Assembly: GCF_000745855.1 (NCBI RefSeq)
Contig: NZ_JQKD01000034.1
Span: forward strand, 1-64,000
Direction of reading: 5' to 3'
DNA: 64,000 nt
Origin: Xenophilus azovorans DSM 13620
GTDB lineage: Bacteria > Pseudomonadota > Gammaproteobacteria > Burkholderiales > Burkholderiaceae_C
Position 1 is the first letter of the stretch; every line of letters starts with the position of its first letter. The translations under genes were made by a program, and so were the position numbers. Positions 11,252-21,001 of this stretch are shown in pieces. The notes below the pieces were generated by a model. It was not told the DNA's origin and ran no database searches. It saw only the letters and a list, made by a program, of their open reading frames with translations.

Positions 11252-14200
11252 CTACTTCTTCTTGCGGCCCGCCGCGGGTGCCGCCGCCGGCGTCTCGCCC
11301 AGTGCATCCATGCGCGCCTCCACCTGGGCGATCTCCGGATGGGTGCTGTCCATGCCCAGCCGCGCTTCCACGGCGCGCACCAGCGGCATGATGAGCTGCC
11401 GGTAGGTGACCGAGAGCGAGAGCAGCGCGTCGACCATCCGCTGGTCCTGCGCGGAGCTGCTGTGGGTGTTCAGCGCCTGCGTGCTCTCGCGCAGGGCGTG
11501 CAGCGCGGCCGCGCTGGCGTCCAGGCTGGCGCGCAACTGCTGCTGCGCGCTGGTGTCGCCGGCCTGCAGTTGCCGTGCCAGCGTGCCCAGGTCGGCCAGG
11601 GGCTGTTCCAGGCGGGCGAGCAGGGCACGCTGCTCGGGGCCCGCAGCGGCCAGTTGCTCGGCGATGCGTGACAGCGGCGCCAGCGTGTCCACGCTGCGCG
11701 CGATGTCCAGCAGGCCGCGCGTCACGCGCACGCTGGGGTCGTCCTCGGCGCCGCCCAGCTTGCGCTGGCGCTGGTAGTCGCCGGTGATCTGCTGCCAGCG
11801 CGCCTGTTCCTCCGGCGTGGCCAGGCCGATCAGGTGGGCCAGTTGCAGCAGGTTCTCCTCGGCGCCGGTGGTCAGGGTCTGCGCCTCGCCGCGGTAGTGG
11901 TCGCGCAGCAGGGCGTCGATCTCGTCGTCGCGCATCAGCGACGTGACCTGCGGCGCCAGCCGAGCCATGTTCCGGTAGCTGCCCTGCAGGCGGAAGGGCG
12001 GCTTCTCGCGGTAGCGGTCGTCCTGCGCGGCCGACTCGATGTAGGCCAGGTTCACCTTCAGCAGCACGTCGCGCACCTTGAACAGGCGCTGCAGCAGGCC
12101 CTTGAGTTCGTCCAGTTCGACGGCGCTGTACGGGTGCGCGAAGCGGGTGGCGTCGATCGCCTCGCCCTGCGCCAGGCGCACGAGCAGGTGCACGTCGCCG
12201 GGCTCGCGCGCGGCCAGCGGCTGCGTCACCGGGTGCGAAGTCAGGCTGTTCTCGATGTACGAGAGCGCGAACACCGCCTCGCGGCCCGAGAGCACGTCGC
12301 CCAGGTTGTAGATGTCGGCGCGGTTGGCCAGCATGTCGGGGATGCGGAACACGTCGCCCGACTCGGTGTACGGGTTGCCCGACATGACGATGGCGAAGCG
12401 CTTGCCGCGCATGTCCCAGGTGCGCGGCTGGCCCTGCCACACGCCCTCGATGCGGCGGGTGCCGTCGGCCAGCGCGATGAACTTCTGCAGGAACTCCGGG
12501 TGCGTGTGCTGGATGTCGTCCAGGTACAGCATCACGTTGCTGCCCATCGCCAGGCCGAGGTTGAGCTTCTCCAGCTCCTGCCGCGCGGCGCTGTTGGGCG
12601 CGGTGGCCGGGTCGATGCTGGTGACGCCGTGCCCCAGCGCCGGGCAGTTGATGCGCACGAAGACCAGGCCCAGCCGGTTGGCCACGTATTCCATCAGCGT
12701 GGTCTTGCCGTAGCCGGGCGGCGAGATGAGCAGCAGCATGCCCATGCGGTCGGTGCGCGCGCTGTCGCCGGCCGCGCCGAGCTGCTTGGCCAGGTTGTCG
12801 CCGATCAGCGGCAGGTACACCTCGTCGATCAGCCGGTTGCGCACGAAGGTGGCCAGCGGCCTGGCCTGGAACTGCTCCAGGTGCAGGCGCCGCTTTTCCT
12901 CCTCCAGCAAGGCGTGCCGCAGCGCCTGCAACTGGACGAAGCCGCGGACCGCGTGGCGGCGGTGGTGGCGCACGCGGCGGCGGAAGTCGTTCAGGTTGAA
13001 GGGCAGGGATGCCTCGCGGATGCGCGGGTGTTCGCTGCGCAGGCCGGTCACGGTGGCGTCGAGCGCGGCGTTGATGCGGCGGCGCGCGCCCTGGAACGTC
13101 ATGGCCGTGGCGGCGTCGTCGATCCAGGCCAGCGCCGTCGCAGCGCCGTCGCCGGCTGCCTGCGACTCGGCGAGGGCCCGCAGCCAGCCGCGTGCCATGC
13201 GCCACCGCTCCAGCGGCTCGGCCGCCTGCAGGTCGCGCTGGAGCGCGCCGGCCAGGCCGCCGCGGTCCAGCGCGCGCTGCAAGGCCTGCGCCAGGTCTTC
13301 GCCGGCGCTGCTGATCACCCAGTGCGGCGTGGCGGTGGCGAGATCGGCGGCGGCATCGGCCTGCGCCAGCTCGCGCACCAGGTAGGCCGCGGCCTCTTCG
13401 GCCAGAGTCTGCAGCAGCGCGTCGTGCGCCGGGTCCTCCTGGTCGTCCGCGGCCGGCGCAATGCCCAGGGCCTGCGCCAGCTCGGGCAGCCATTCCTGCC
13501 GCAGTACCCGCTGGGCATCGAGGAAGTGGCGCAGGCTCTGCGCCGTCTCGCGCTCCAGGGTGTCGCGCGGCGCCGTCCGGCCGAACAGTTGCGTGATGTG
13601 CTGCGCGCTGCGGGCGCGGCGCGCCAGCGACTGCCGGCTTTCCTCGCGCAGCTCGAGGTGCCAGAACAGCTTGGCCAGCGCGCGTTCGGCGCAGCCGTAC
13701 AGCAGGAGGCCGGCGGCGTCCTGGATGGGCGCGAGCACGCGCACGATGGCGAGCGCGTCGTCGTCGTGGATGCCGCGCTGGTAGCCCTCCTGGTAGCGGC
13801 TGGCCGCGAAGCGGCGCAGCGAGTCGAGCAGGGCGGCCGGCGGCGGCGCGTCGGTGGCGGCGGCGTTCCTGGCGTGTTCGGCCAACTGGACCAGCAGCTC
13901 GGGCCAGCCGGGCTCGGCCTCGCCGCGCTGCAGCGCGTCCAGCCATTCGGCGGCGAGGTATTCGGCCCGCGCGAGCTGCGGCGTCTCCGACACCAGGGCC
14001 TGCGGCCAGAAGGGGCGCAGCGCCTCCAGCCGTGCATCGATGGCGGGCGCGAGGTAGTCGGTGCCCGTGATCTGCCAGGCCAGGCCGTCGCCGTGGCCCA
14101 CCAGCGTGAGGTCCAGCGGCTGCCTGTTGACGGTGAAGGTGTGGGCGCCCAGCCTGATGCCGCCTTCGGCGCCCGAGGCCAGTTCGCGCTGGTCGCGCAC

Positions 14201-16816
14201 CGCGCGCACGGCCTGGTCGCGCGCCGTCTTCAGCCGGGTGTCGATGTCGTCGGCGGCCACCGCCGCGCCGAGCCTGCGCAGTTCGGCCACCTGCTCGCGC
14301 AGCTTGGCCAGCATCGGGTCGGATGCGAAGTAGCTGTGCACCTGCGCCAGCTCGCCGAAGCCCGCCACGCGGCGCGGCACGCCGTCGAGGATGCGGCCCG
14401 CCGCATCGGCCAGTGCCTTGGCGCGGCGCTGCTGCCCCTCGACCAGGCCCTGGCGCCGGGCCGACAAGGCCTCGTACACGGTCTCGCGCTGCGTGGCGAT
14501 GTCGGCGAGGAATTCTTCCTGCTCGGCGAAGCGGCCCTCGATGTCTTCCAACTGGGCCAGCAGCCGCGTGAGCGCCTCGTCGCACTTCTGCGGCGTGTCC
14601 GACAGCTCCAGCGCGTTCTCCACCGCCTGGCCGAAGAGCTTGAACTGGGCGCCGAACTCGGCGCGCTGCTCGGCCGCACCCAGGCTGCGCCGGCGCGCGC
14701 GTGCATCGGCGCGCAGGCGGTTGATGTCGGCGTACAGCAGCGCGATGCGGTCGAGGATCGCGGTGCGCTGCACCGCATCGCCGCCGGGCAGGTTGCCCAG
14801 TTGCTCGCTCAGCAGGTCCAGTCCGGCCGCCTCGGCGTCGAGCGCGTCCAGTTGTTCCGAGAGCTGCGTGGCCGTCGCCGCCTGCGGCAGCGCGGCGGCC
14901 ACGGCGGCCAGCGCCTTCTGCTGCCCGTCGAAAGCCTTCTCGTCCGCGAGGAACTGCATGGCCCGCTCGCCCACGCGCTGCTGCTCGGCGGCCAGTTGCC
15001 CGGCCATGGCCTCGATGCGCGGCACGTCGGCATAGCGCAGCTCGCGCAGCAGATGCAGTTCGCCCTGGCGCTGGCGCAGGCGGTCCAGCGCACGCACGAA
15101 GTCCTGCGGGCCGCGCCACATCTGGCTGGCGATGTCGGTCATCAGCTCGCGTTGCTGGCCCTCGGCCTTAAGCAGGGCGCGCGCCGTGTCCTGGCGGATG
15201 CTCTCCACCTTCTCGAACTCGCCCAGCGTGGCCTGTGCGGCCTGCTCGATGGCCTGCAGGTCGGCCGCGGCGCCCTGCGCCTCGTGGGCGTCGAGCCAGA
15301 AGTAGGCGTCGCGCGCGCGCTGGCACTGGCGGATCAGGTCCTCGTAGGCGGTGCGCGTGGGGGCCTGCTCGCGCACGGCGCGCGCGATGCCCAGCAGGTC
15401 CGAGATGCCGCGCACCAGGTCGGCATTGCCCACGCGCGCGAAGAAGCCCGTGCCCGCCGGCTGGCGGCTGGCGTATTCCTCGGTGGCGAAGGGGGTGCGC
15501 CACAACTGCATGAGGTGCACGCGCGTGGCCTCGCCGCGTGCGGCCTGGAAGACCAGCAGGCGGCCGTCGGGGAAGCGGCTGTAGCCGTCGGCCAGGATGG
15601 GCGTGGCCAGCGACTTCTCGATCAGGTTGTAGGTGAAGAAGGCGTAGCAGCCGGCATCGAGCGTGGCCGGGCTGCCCTGCGGCGGCGGCACGGTGCCATA
15701 GAAGATGTAGGCCACGTCCTCGCCGTTGGGCGAGCGCAGCATGCGCGTGAAGCGCAACTGCTCGGTCAGCTCGGGCGGCAGGTCGAAGCGCTTGTGCTCG
15801 CCCGACTGCAGGTAATAGCCGCCGGGGAAGATGATGCCGTGGTCTTCGGGCAACTGCATGCACGAGGCGCCGATGGCGTCGATGCGCAGCACCTGCTGCG
15901 TGCGCTGGTTGTAGACCAGGTAGCGCGCGGCCTGCTCGCGGTAGGGCCGCACCTGCAGCAGGATCAGCAGGCCGAGCCGGGCGTAGGCGATCTCGGCGTC
16001 GCCCAGCGCCTGGTTGGCGTCCTCGACGGGTTCCTCGTAGATGCCCAGGCCGGTCTCGGTGTTGTTCTCGACCTTGACGGTCAGCGAGCCGCCGGTGGTC
16101 TCCACGAAGATCGTGTCGAGCACGTTGATGTGCGGGTGCGCGCCGCCCACGTGGTGCTCGCGCGTGAGCGGGGTCCACGCGAAGTCGTGGCTGGGCGGCG
16201 GTGCCAGGTCGCGCTCGCCGCGGTTGTCCACGTACTGGAGCGTGCCGTCGTTGCCGCGCGCCCAGCGGAACACGCGGATGTCCTGCGCCTGCTGGCCGAT
16301 CTGGAAGGCCGCCAGCAGGTAGTCGGGCGTGGGCCGCAGCAGCTGCAGCGTGGCCTGCTTGTAGTAGGTGTAGAGCTCGTTGAAGTCGGCGACGAAGCGC
16401 GGGTCGGCGAGGAAGCTGCCTTCCAGCGGCACCTGCACCAGTTCGTCGCTCTCGGGGTTGCCGGCGGCGTCGGCGTCGTGGTGCGCCAGCGCGTAGATCG
16501 CGAACACGTCCTCCACGCGCGTCTCGCGCTTGAGGCCCATGAACACGTTGTAGCCGAGCAGCAGGCGGTTGCCGCCGATGTAGACCAGGTCGCGCGCCAC
16601 GCAGTTGTGCTCGGTGCGCGCGCGGGTGCGCAGCAGCAGTTGCTGCTCGCGCTGGCCGAACTGCGCGATGCGCTCGGCGTTGAGCGCCTGCGCCTTCGCC
16701 AGGAGCTGGTCGCCCTGCGCCTGCAGGCGCTTCTTGAGCAGTTCGTAGCTGCTGCTCTCGGCGACGCTGGCGTCGACGGCGGCGCGGTCGGCCGCTTCGT
16801 TGGGGGGGCTGGACAT
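11252..16816 (-). CDS. Giant (1854 aa) coiled-coil protein with a single MoxR-like AAA+ ATPase domain; function unknown
   Basis: One continuous ORF with normal amino-acid diversity. Walker A LLLISPPGYGKTTLMEYV, Walker B VMLYLDDIQ, sensor/Arg region IVMSGNPYTESGDVFRIPDMLANRADIYNL. About 1250-aa N-terminal region (globular then long Ala/Glu/Arg/Leu-rich helical). Start codon 9 nt after the flotillin stop. Confidence 0.75.
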   Translation of the reverse strand: MSSPPNEAADRAAVDASVAESSSYELLKKRLQAQGDQLLAKAQALNAERIAQFGQREQQLLLRTRARTEHNCVARDLVYIGGNRLLLGYNVFMGLKRETRVEDVFAIYALAHHDADAAGNPESDELVQVPLEGSFLADPRFVADFNELYTYYKQATLQLLRPTPDYLLAAFQIGQQAQDIRVFRWARGNDGTLQYVDNRGERDLAPPPSHDFAWTPLTREHHVGGAHPHINVLDTIFVETTGGSLTVKVENNTETGLGIYEEPVEDANQALGDAEIAYARLGLLILLQVRPYREQAARYLVYNQRTQQVLRIDAIGASCMQLPEDHGIIFPGGYYLQSGEHKRFDLPPELTEQLRFTRMLRSPNGEDVAYIFYGTVPPPQGSPATLDAGCYAFFTYNLIEKSLATPILADGYSRFPDGRLLVFQAARGEATRVHLMQLWRTPFATEEYASRQPAGTGFFARVGNADLVRGISDLLGIARAVREQAPTRTAYEDLIRQCQRARDAYFWLDAHEAQGAAADLQAIEQAAQATLGEFEKVESIRQDTARALLKAEGQQRELMTDIASQMWRGPQDFVRALDRLRQRQGELHLLRELRYADVPRIEAMAGQLAAEQQRVGERAMQFLADEKAFDGQQKALAAVAAALPQAATATQLSEQLDALDAEAAGLDLLSEQLGNLPGGDAVQRTAILDRIALLYADINRLRADARARRRSLGAAEQRAEFGAQFKLFGQAVENALELSDTPQKCDEALTRLLAQLEDIEGRFAEQEEFLADIATQRETVYEALSARRQGLVEGQQRRAKALADAAGRILDGVPRRVAGFGELAQVHSYFASDPMLAKLREQVAELRRLGAAVAADDIDTRLKTARDQAVRAVRDQRELASGAEGGIRLGAHTFTVNRQPLDLTLVGHGDGLAWQITGTDYLAPAIDARLEALRPFWPQALVSETPQLARAEYLAAEWLDALQRGEAEPGWPELLVQLAEHARNAAATDAPPPAALLDSLRRFAASRYQEGYQRGIHDDDALAIVRVLAPIQDAAGLLLYGCAERALAKLFWHLELREESRQSLARRARSAQHITQLFGRTAPRDTLERETAQSLRHFLDAQRVLRQEWLPELAQALGIAPAADDQEDPAHDALLQTLAEEAAAYLVRELAQADAAADLATATPHWVISSAGEDLAQALQRALDRGGLAGALQRDLQAAEPLERWRMARGWLRALAESQAAGDGAATALAWIDDAATAMTFQGARRRINAALDATVTGLRSEHPRIREASLPFNLNDFRRRVRHHRRHAVRGFVQLQALRHALLEEEKRRLHLEQFQARPLATFVRNRLIDEVYLPLIGDNLAKQLGAAGDSARTDRMGMLLLISPPGYGKTTLMEYVANRLGLVFVRINCPALGHGVTSIDPATAPNSAARQELEKLNLGLAMGSNVMLYLDDIQHTHPEFLQKFIALADGTRRIEGVWQGQPRTWDMRGKRFAIVMSGNPYTESGDVFRIPDMLANRADIYNLGDVLSGREAVFALSYIENSLTSHPVTQPLAAREPGDVHLLVRLAQGEAIDATRFAHPYSAVELDELKGLLQRLFKVRDVLLKVNLAYIESAAQDDRYREKPPFRLQGSYRNMARLAPQVTSLMRDDEIDALLRDHYRGEAQTLTTGAEENLLQLAHLIGLATPEEQARWQQITGDYQRQRKLGGAEDDPSVRVTRGLLDIARSVDTLAPLSRIAEQLAAAGPEQRALLARLEQPLADLGTLARQLQAGDTSAQQQLRASLDASAAALHALRESTQALNTHSSSAQDQRMVDALLSLSVTYRQLIMPLVRAVEARLGMDSTHPEIAQVEARMDALGETPAAAPAAGRKKK

Positions 16817-16825
16817 GCGGCGGCG

Positions 16826-18964
16826 TCAGCCGGGCTTCCTGAAGCTCTGCACCAGTTGCTGCAGCGCGTGCCTCTGGCTGTCCGTGCCTTCGCTCATCAC
16901 CTTACCGATCAGGGCCGACACGCTGAGGTTCTGCAATTCACCCGCCGACTGCCCCGCTGCGCCGAGGATCTGCTTGACGTCTTCCACCACGTCGCGCTCG
17001 CCCGCCAGTTGCTCCTTGAACGCCACCTGCAGCGTATCGCTCTTGTTCACGGCCGCGTCGATGCCCTTGCCCACCGACAGCGCGCGCACGAAGCTGTCGA
17101 AGTAGTCTCCCTGGCCGCCCACGATGTCGATGCGGGCGTTCTTCAGCGCCACGCCCAGCACCTCCGCCTGCTCCCGGGCGATGGCCTGCTGCGCGTCGAT
17201 CTGCTTGAGTGTCTCGAGGTGCGCGCGCTCCAGGCGCATGCGGTATTCCTCGTGCTCGCGCGTCTCGGGGCTCATGGCCTTCATGGCTTCGAACTTCTCC
17301 TTCAGGCCGCGCGCCTCGGCGCTGAACTTCACGTCGATGTTGTGCGCTTCGGCATCGCCCTGCTTGGCCAGCGCCTCGGCGTCCACGGTGCGCACCAGCG
17401 CATCGGCCTGGCCGATCTTTTCCTTGCCGGCGGCCTCGGCCTCCATGCGGGCGCGGATGCCCACGGCGTCGGCCTGCGCCTGCACCTCGGTCACCTGCGC
17501 CTCGGCGCGGCCCACCTTCTCCTTGCCGGTGGCCTCGGCTTCCATGCTGGCCAGCTTGGCGCTGGCCCCGGCCACCTGCACCTTGGCCTCGGCCAGGCCG
17601 GGCGCGGCCGTCAGGGCCTCGATGCCCTCGGCCTCGCGCTTCTTGGCCTCGGCCTCGCGCTCGGCCACCTTCAGGCGCGCATCGGCCAGCACCAGGTCTT
17701 CGGCCGCCTTGTGGCGCGCCTTGCGCTCCTGCGCCTCGGCCGCCTTCACCTCGAGGATCACCTTCTCCTCGGCAGCCGCCTCGGCGCCGATCACCACCGC
17801 CTTGCGCGTGCGGTCGGCCTCTGCCACCTCGCGCACTTCCTTGATCGCCTCTTCCTGCTCGGCCACCGTGCGCTCGACCACGATGCGCTCGCGGATGACG
17901 TCGGCGATCGCCTTCTTCTGCACCTCGACGGCCTTGTCCTTCTCGATCTGCTGCAGCGTCACTTCCTTCTCGCGCGCCACCACTTCCAGGTCCCGGGCGC
18001 GGGTCACGCGCTCCTGCTCGATCACGACCGCGCGCTTGCGGTTGTTCTCGGCCACCTCCTTCTCGCGCAGCACGTTCTCGTTCTGCACCGAGATCTGCTG
18101 CTCGGCCTGCAGCCGCGCCATCTCTGCGCGGGTGTGCTCCTCGGCCTGGATCTTGGAGGTCTCGGCCTCCTCGCGGGCCTTCACGCTGGCCACCTCGCGC
18201 GCCTGGCGCGCCGTGGCGTCGGCCTGCTGGCGCTCCAGCTCGAGCAGGGCCTCCTGCGTTTCCACGTTCTTCTTCTTGATCTGCATTTCCTCGTTGCGGC
18301 GCAGCTCGTTGGTGGTCACGTGCTCCACGGCGGTGAGCTGCGTGATCTTCTTGATGCCCTGCGCATCGAGGATGTTGTTGGCGTCCAGGCGCGCCAGCGG
18401 CGTCTGCTCCAGGTAGTCGATGGCCGAACTCTCGAGCACGTAGCCCGACAGGTCGTTGCCGATCTGGCTCATGATCTTGTCGCGGAAGGCGTCGCGCGCG
18501 TCGTACAGGTCGACGAAATCCATGGCCTTGCCCACCGTCTTGAGCGCTTCGGAGAACTTGGCCGAGAACAGGTCTTCCAGCGTGGACTGGTTGGAGGCCC
18601 GGTCGCAGCCGATGGACTGCGCCACGTGCAGCACGTCCTCGGCGGTCTGGTTCACACGCACGAAGAACTTCACCTTGATGTCGGCGCGGATGTTGTCGGC
18701 GCAGATCAGGCCCTGGTCGCCCGAGCGGTCGATCTCGATGGTCTTGATCGAGATGTCCATCAACTCGGCCTTGTTGATGATCGGCAACACCAGCCCGCCG
18801 GTGAAGGTGACCTTGGGGTCGCCGCGGAAGGGGTTGATGATCAGCGCGTGACCCTGCTCCACCTTGTGATAGAAGCGGGAGAACATCGCGAAGATGCCGA
18901 AGATCACGATCACCGCGATGGCGGCGAGGACCAGGAAGGTGATGATCGAGGGAGACAGGGACAT
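16826..18964 (-). CDS. Flotillin-like SPFH/band-7 protein (YqiK-like) with extended EA-rich coiled-coil
   Basis: N-terminal TM helix then PHB/SPFH domain (HALIINPFRGDPKVTFTGGLVLPIINKAELMDISIKTIEI). Long Glu/Ala/Lys/Arg-rich repeats. ATG at 18964 preferred over the track's TTG at 18982. Confidence 0.85.
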   Translation of the reverse strand: MSLSPSIITFLVLAAIAVIVIFGIFAMFSRFYHKVEQGHALIINPFRGDPKVTFTGGLVLPIINKAELMDISIKTIEIDRSGDQGLICADNIRADIKVKFFVRVNQTAEDVLHVAQSIGCDRASNQSTLEDLFSAKFSEALKTVGKAMDFVDLYDARDAFRDKIMSQIGNDLSGYVLESSAIDYLEQTPLARLDANNILDAQGIKKITQLTAVEHVTTNELRRNEEMQIKKKNVETQEALLELERQQADATARQAREVASVKAREEAETSKIQAEEHTRAEMARLQAEQQISVQNENVLREKEVAENNRKRAVVIEQERVTRARDLEVVAREKEVTLQQIEKDKAVEVQKKAIADVIRERIVVERTVAEQEEAIKEVREVAEADRTRKAVVIGAEAAAEEKVILEVKAAEAQERKARHKAAEDLVLADARLKVAEREAEAKKREAEGIEALTAAPGLAEAKVQVAGASAKLASMEAEATGKEKVGRAEAQVTEVQAQADAVGIRARMEAEAAGKEKIGQADALVRTVDAEALAKQGDAEAHNIDVKFSAEARGLKEKFEAMKAMSPETREHEEYRMRLERAHLETLKQIDAQQAIAREQAEVLGVALKNARIDIVGGQGDYFDSFVRALSVGKGIDAAVNKSDTLQVAFKEQLAGERDVVEDVKQILGAAGQSAGELQNLSVSALIGKVMSEGTDSQRHALQQLVQSFRKPG

Positions 18965-19102
18965 GCTGAGGCTCGCTTGCAAGGAATTTTTAGGGCCGGC
19001 GGGCGGGATGAAGGGCAGGAGCGAGGCGCTCTCAGGGCGATCGTGCGGCGGATGGCGGCACGGGTCGGCACCGGCCGGGCGGCCGGGTCGTCGTTCGGTG
19101 CA

Positions 19103-19747
19103 TCACGGTTCTCCCTCCATGGGTTGCACGAGATAGCGGCGCCGGGCCGCGTCGTAGTCCACGATCAGCGCCCGGCTGCCGCGGCGCAGCGGGTTGGGGC
19201 TGGGCGCCCACACCTGGATGAGGATGCCCGCGCCGCGCTGCGCCACTTCGGCATGGCCCTCTCTCTCGTCGACCACGCCGGTGGTGATTGTGCAGGGCTG
19301 GCCGATCAGGTCGCTGTTCTGGCGGGCGTATTGCGTCACGAAGGCGCCGCGCAAGGGGCGCACCAGCCGCGCCGCGATCACGATGGACAGCGCGAAGCAG
19401 GCCGCGAGCACCACCAGCCCCGCCACGACCTGCAGCGCCAGCGTGGGCACCCAGGCCAGCAGCCAGATGCCGGCCAGCGTGCTGAGCGTCCAGCCGATCA
19501 CCACCAGCAGCGTGACCACGATGGAGAAGGGCACGCCGGACAGGCCGAAGGCCACCACGTAGCCGGCGATGGCGCCCAGGTCGTCCGCGCTCGCGTCGGC
19601 GTGCTGGGCGATGTCCAGGTCGATGCTGCTCTCGCCGAAGTCGACCAGGCCCACGATGGCGGCGATCCAGTAGACCAGCATCACCGCCAGCAGCAGGCTG
19701 TAGATGAATGTGGGAAAGCCGAAGACGACGGAGAGGAATTCGCGCAT
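19103..19747 (-). CDS. NfeD/YqiJ-like inner-membrane protein (membrane anchor + C-terminal OB-fold)
   Basis: 214 aa. Multiple TM helices, C-terminal soluble beta-rich domain (GQPCTITTGVVDEREGHAEVAQRGAGILIQVW). Upstream partner of flotillin, as in yqiJK/yuaF-floT pairs. Confidence 0.65.
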   Translation of the reverse strand: MREFLSVVFGFPTFIYSLLLAVMLVYWIAAIVGLVDFGESSIDLDIAQHADASADDLGAIAGYVVAFGLSGVPFSIVVTLLVVIGWTLSTLAGIWLLAWVPTLALQVVAGLVVLAACFALSIVIAARLVRPLRGAFVTQYARQNSDLIGQPCTITTGVVDEREGHAEVAQRGAGILIQVWAPSPNPLRRGSRALIVDYDAARRRYLVQPMEGEP

Positions 19748-19796
19748 GGTGCCCTTGTTCTTGTGAGGTGGCGAAGCGGGTTCGGCGGCCGGACGG

Positions 19797-20171
19797 TCAG
19801 CGTTTGCGCTTCCTGGCGGCCGGGCTGCGCGATGGGGCGCCTTGCGGCATGAAGTTGATCAGCTCGCGCGTGGCGGCCTCCTTGATGCCCAGCCGGTCTT
19901 CGGGAGACAGGCCGTAGCGCCGGGCCAGCAGCACGTAGTCGGACTCGTCCAGCGTGACGGTCAGGCGCGGCCGCTTGGGCTTGCCCGCCACCGGCAGGCC
20001 CAGCACGTGGCGGATCTGCGTGGAGGTGGACACGTTCTCGCGGAAGGCGGCGGCGCGGATCGCCTCCATCACCGCCTCCTCCACGTCGAAGGCCACCTGC
20101 ACGGCGCGCAGTGCCGATTCGGAGCCTTGCCAGCGGGCCGGTGTCTTTCGCTTCGTGCTGTTGTTGTCCAT
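19797..20171 (-). CDS. Small tandem ribbon-helix-helix-like protein (putative DNA-binding regulator)
   Basis: 124-aa ORF (MDNNSTKRKT...). It is the C-terminal in-frame portion of the artefactual track ORF 19797..21500. Two RHH-like repeats (RAVQVAFDVEEAVMEAIRAAA..STQIRHVL and RLTVTLDESDYVLLARRYGLSPEDRLGIKEAA). Basic C-terminus. Confidence 0.5.
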   Translation of the reverse strand: MDNNSTKRKTPARWQGSESALRAVQVAFDVEEAVMEAIRAAAFRENVSTSTQIRHVLGLPVAGKPKRPRLTVTLDESDYVLLARRYGLSPEDRLGIKEAATRELINFMPQGAPSRSPAARKRKR

Positions 20172-20242
20172 GTTGGTGACGTGCGTGTGACGCTGGATGC
20201 CGGGCGGCCCGGCCGCCGCGCGGGTCGGCCGGTGCGCGCCCT

Positions 20243-20968
20243 TCAGGCGGCGGGCGCGCCGCCGTCGCCTGTGCCTGCGGCGCGGCGCGCCCGCAGCCGC
20301 GCCATCACGGCCTCGGCGCGGCTCTTGTCGCTGTCGCCGATGCCGGCCGCGGCCAGTTCGTTCTCCAGTGCCTTGTGGCCGAACTCCTGGTCCAGTTCCT
20401 CGGCGGCGGCCATGCGGTCGGCCAGGTCCTCGTGGCGCTTCTTGATGCGGTCCAGCGATTCGCGCGCGCTCGTGAGCCTGGAGCCCGTGCTGCCGATGCT
20501 GTCCGAGATGCTCTGCGTGGCGCGGTACACGCTCTCGGTCGTCTTGGCGATGCCGATCTCGCGCTCGTGCTCGCGCACGCGCGCCTCGGCGCTGCGGATC
20601 AGGTCCTTGAGGCGGCCCACCTGCACGGCGAAGCCGGCGTGCGCCTGCGTCTGCACCTGCATCTCGCCCTCCAGCGCCGCCACCCGCTCGGCCACCTTCA
20701 GCGCCAGGCCCTCCTCGGTCTTGTCCAGGGCCTGCAGGGCCATGTCCTCGTGGCGGCGGATCTCGCCCTTGATGCGCTCGATGTCGCGCGCGGTCTGCAT
20801 CTCCTTGGCCATCACGGCCGTGAGTTCGGTCTTGGCCTCGGCGATGCTGGCCTTGGCGTCCACGATCTCCTGTTCGTAGATGCGCGTGGCGTTGTTGTCG
20901 ACCACGCTCTGGCCCAGTTCGCGGGCGCTGCCGCGTAGCAGGGTGACGAGTTTCTTGATGACGGTCAT
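20243..20968 (-). CDS. PspA/IM30 family protein (YjfJ-like; bacterial ESCRT-III superfamily)
   Basis: 241-aa all-helical protein. N-terminus MTVIKKLVTLLRGSARELGQSVVDNNATRIYEQEIVDAKASIAEAK matches the PspA/IM30 amphipathic start and coiled-coil. Confidence 0.85.
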   Translation of the reverse strand: MTVIKKLVTLLRGSARELGQSVVDNNATRIYEQEIVDAKASIAEAKTELTAVMAKEMQTARDIERIKGEIRRHEDMALQALDKTEEGLALKVAERVAALEGEMQVQTQAHAGFAVQVGRLKDLIRSAEARVREHEREIGIAKTTESVYRATQSISDSIGSTGSRLTSARESLDRIKKRHEDLADRMAAAEELDQEFGHKALENELAAAGIGDSDKSRAEAVMARLRARRAAGTGDGGAPAA

Positions 20969-21001
20969 GTTCGGCTCCTGTGTGGGTTCGGGGCGGGGAG
21001 G

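Noticed and set aside
11157-15119. 1320-aa minus-strand ORF in an alternative frame inside the giant gene
   Set aside because: Its translation is almost entirely Arg/Ala/Gly/Pro. It is a GC-frame artefact, and the 1854-aa frame has normal protein composition and recognisable AAA+ motifs.
11834-19852. 2672-aa plus-strand ORF spanning the giant ATPase, flotillin and NfeD genes
   Set aside because: It is antisense to well-supported genes and its translation is Arg/Ala/Gly/Leu/Val-rich low-complexity. It is typical of a stop-poor reverse frame in 70 % GC DNA.
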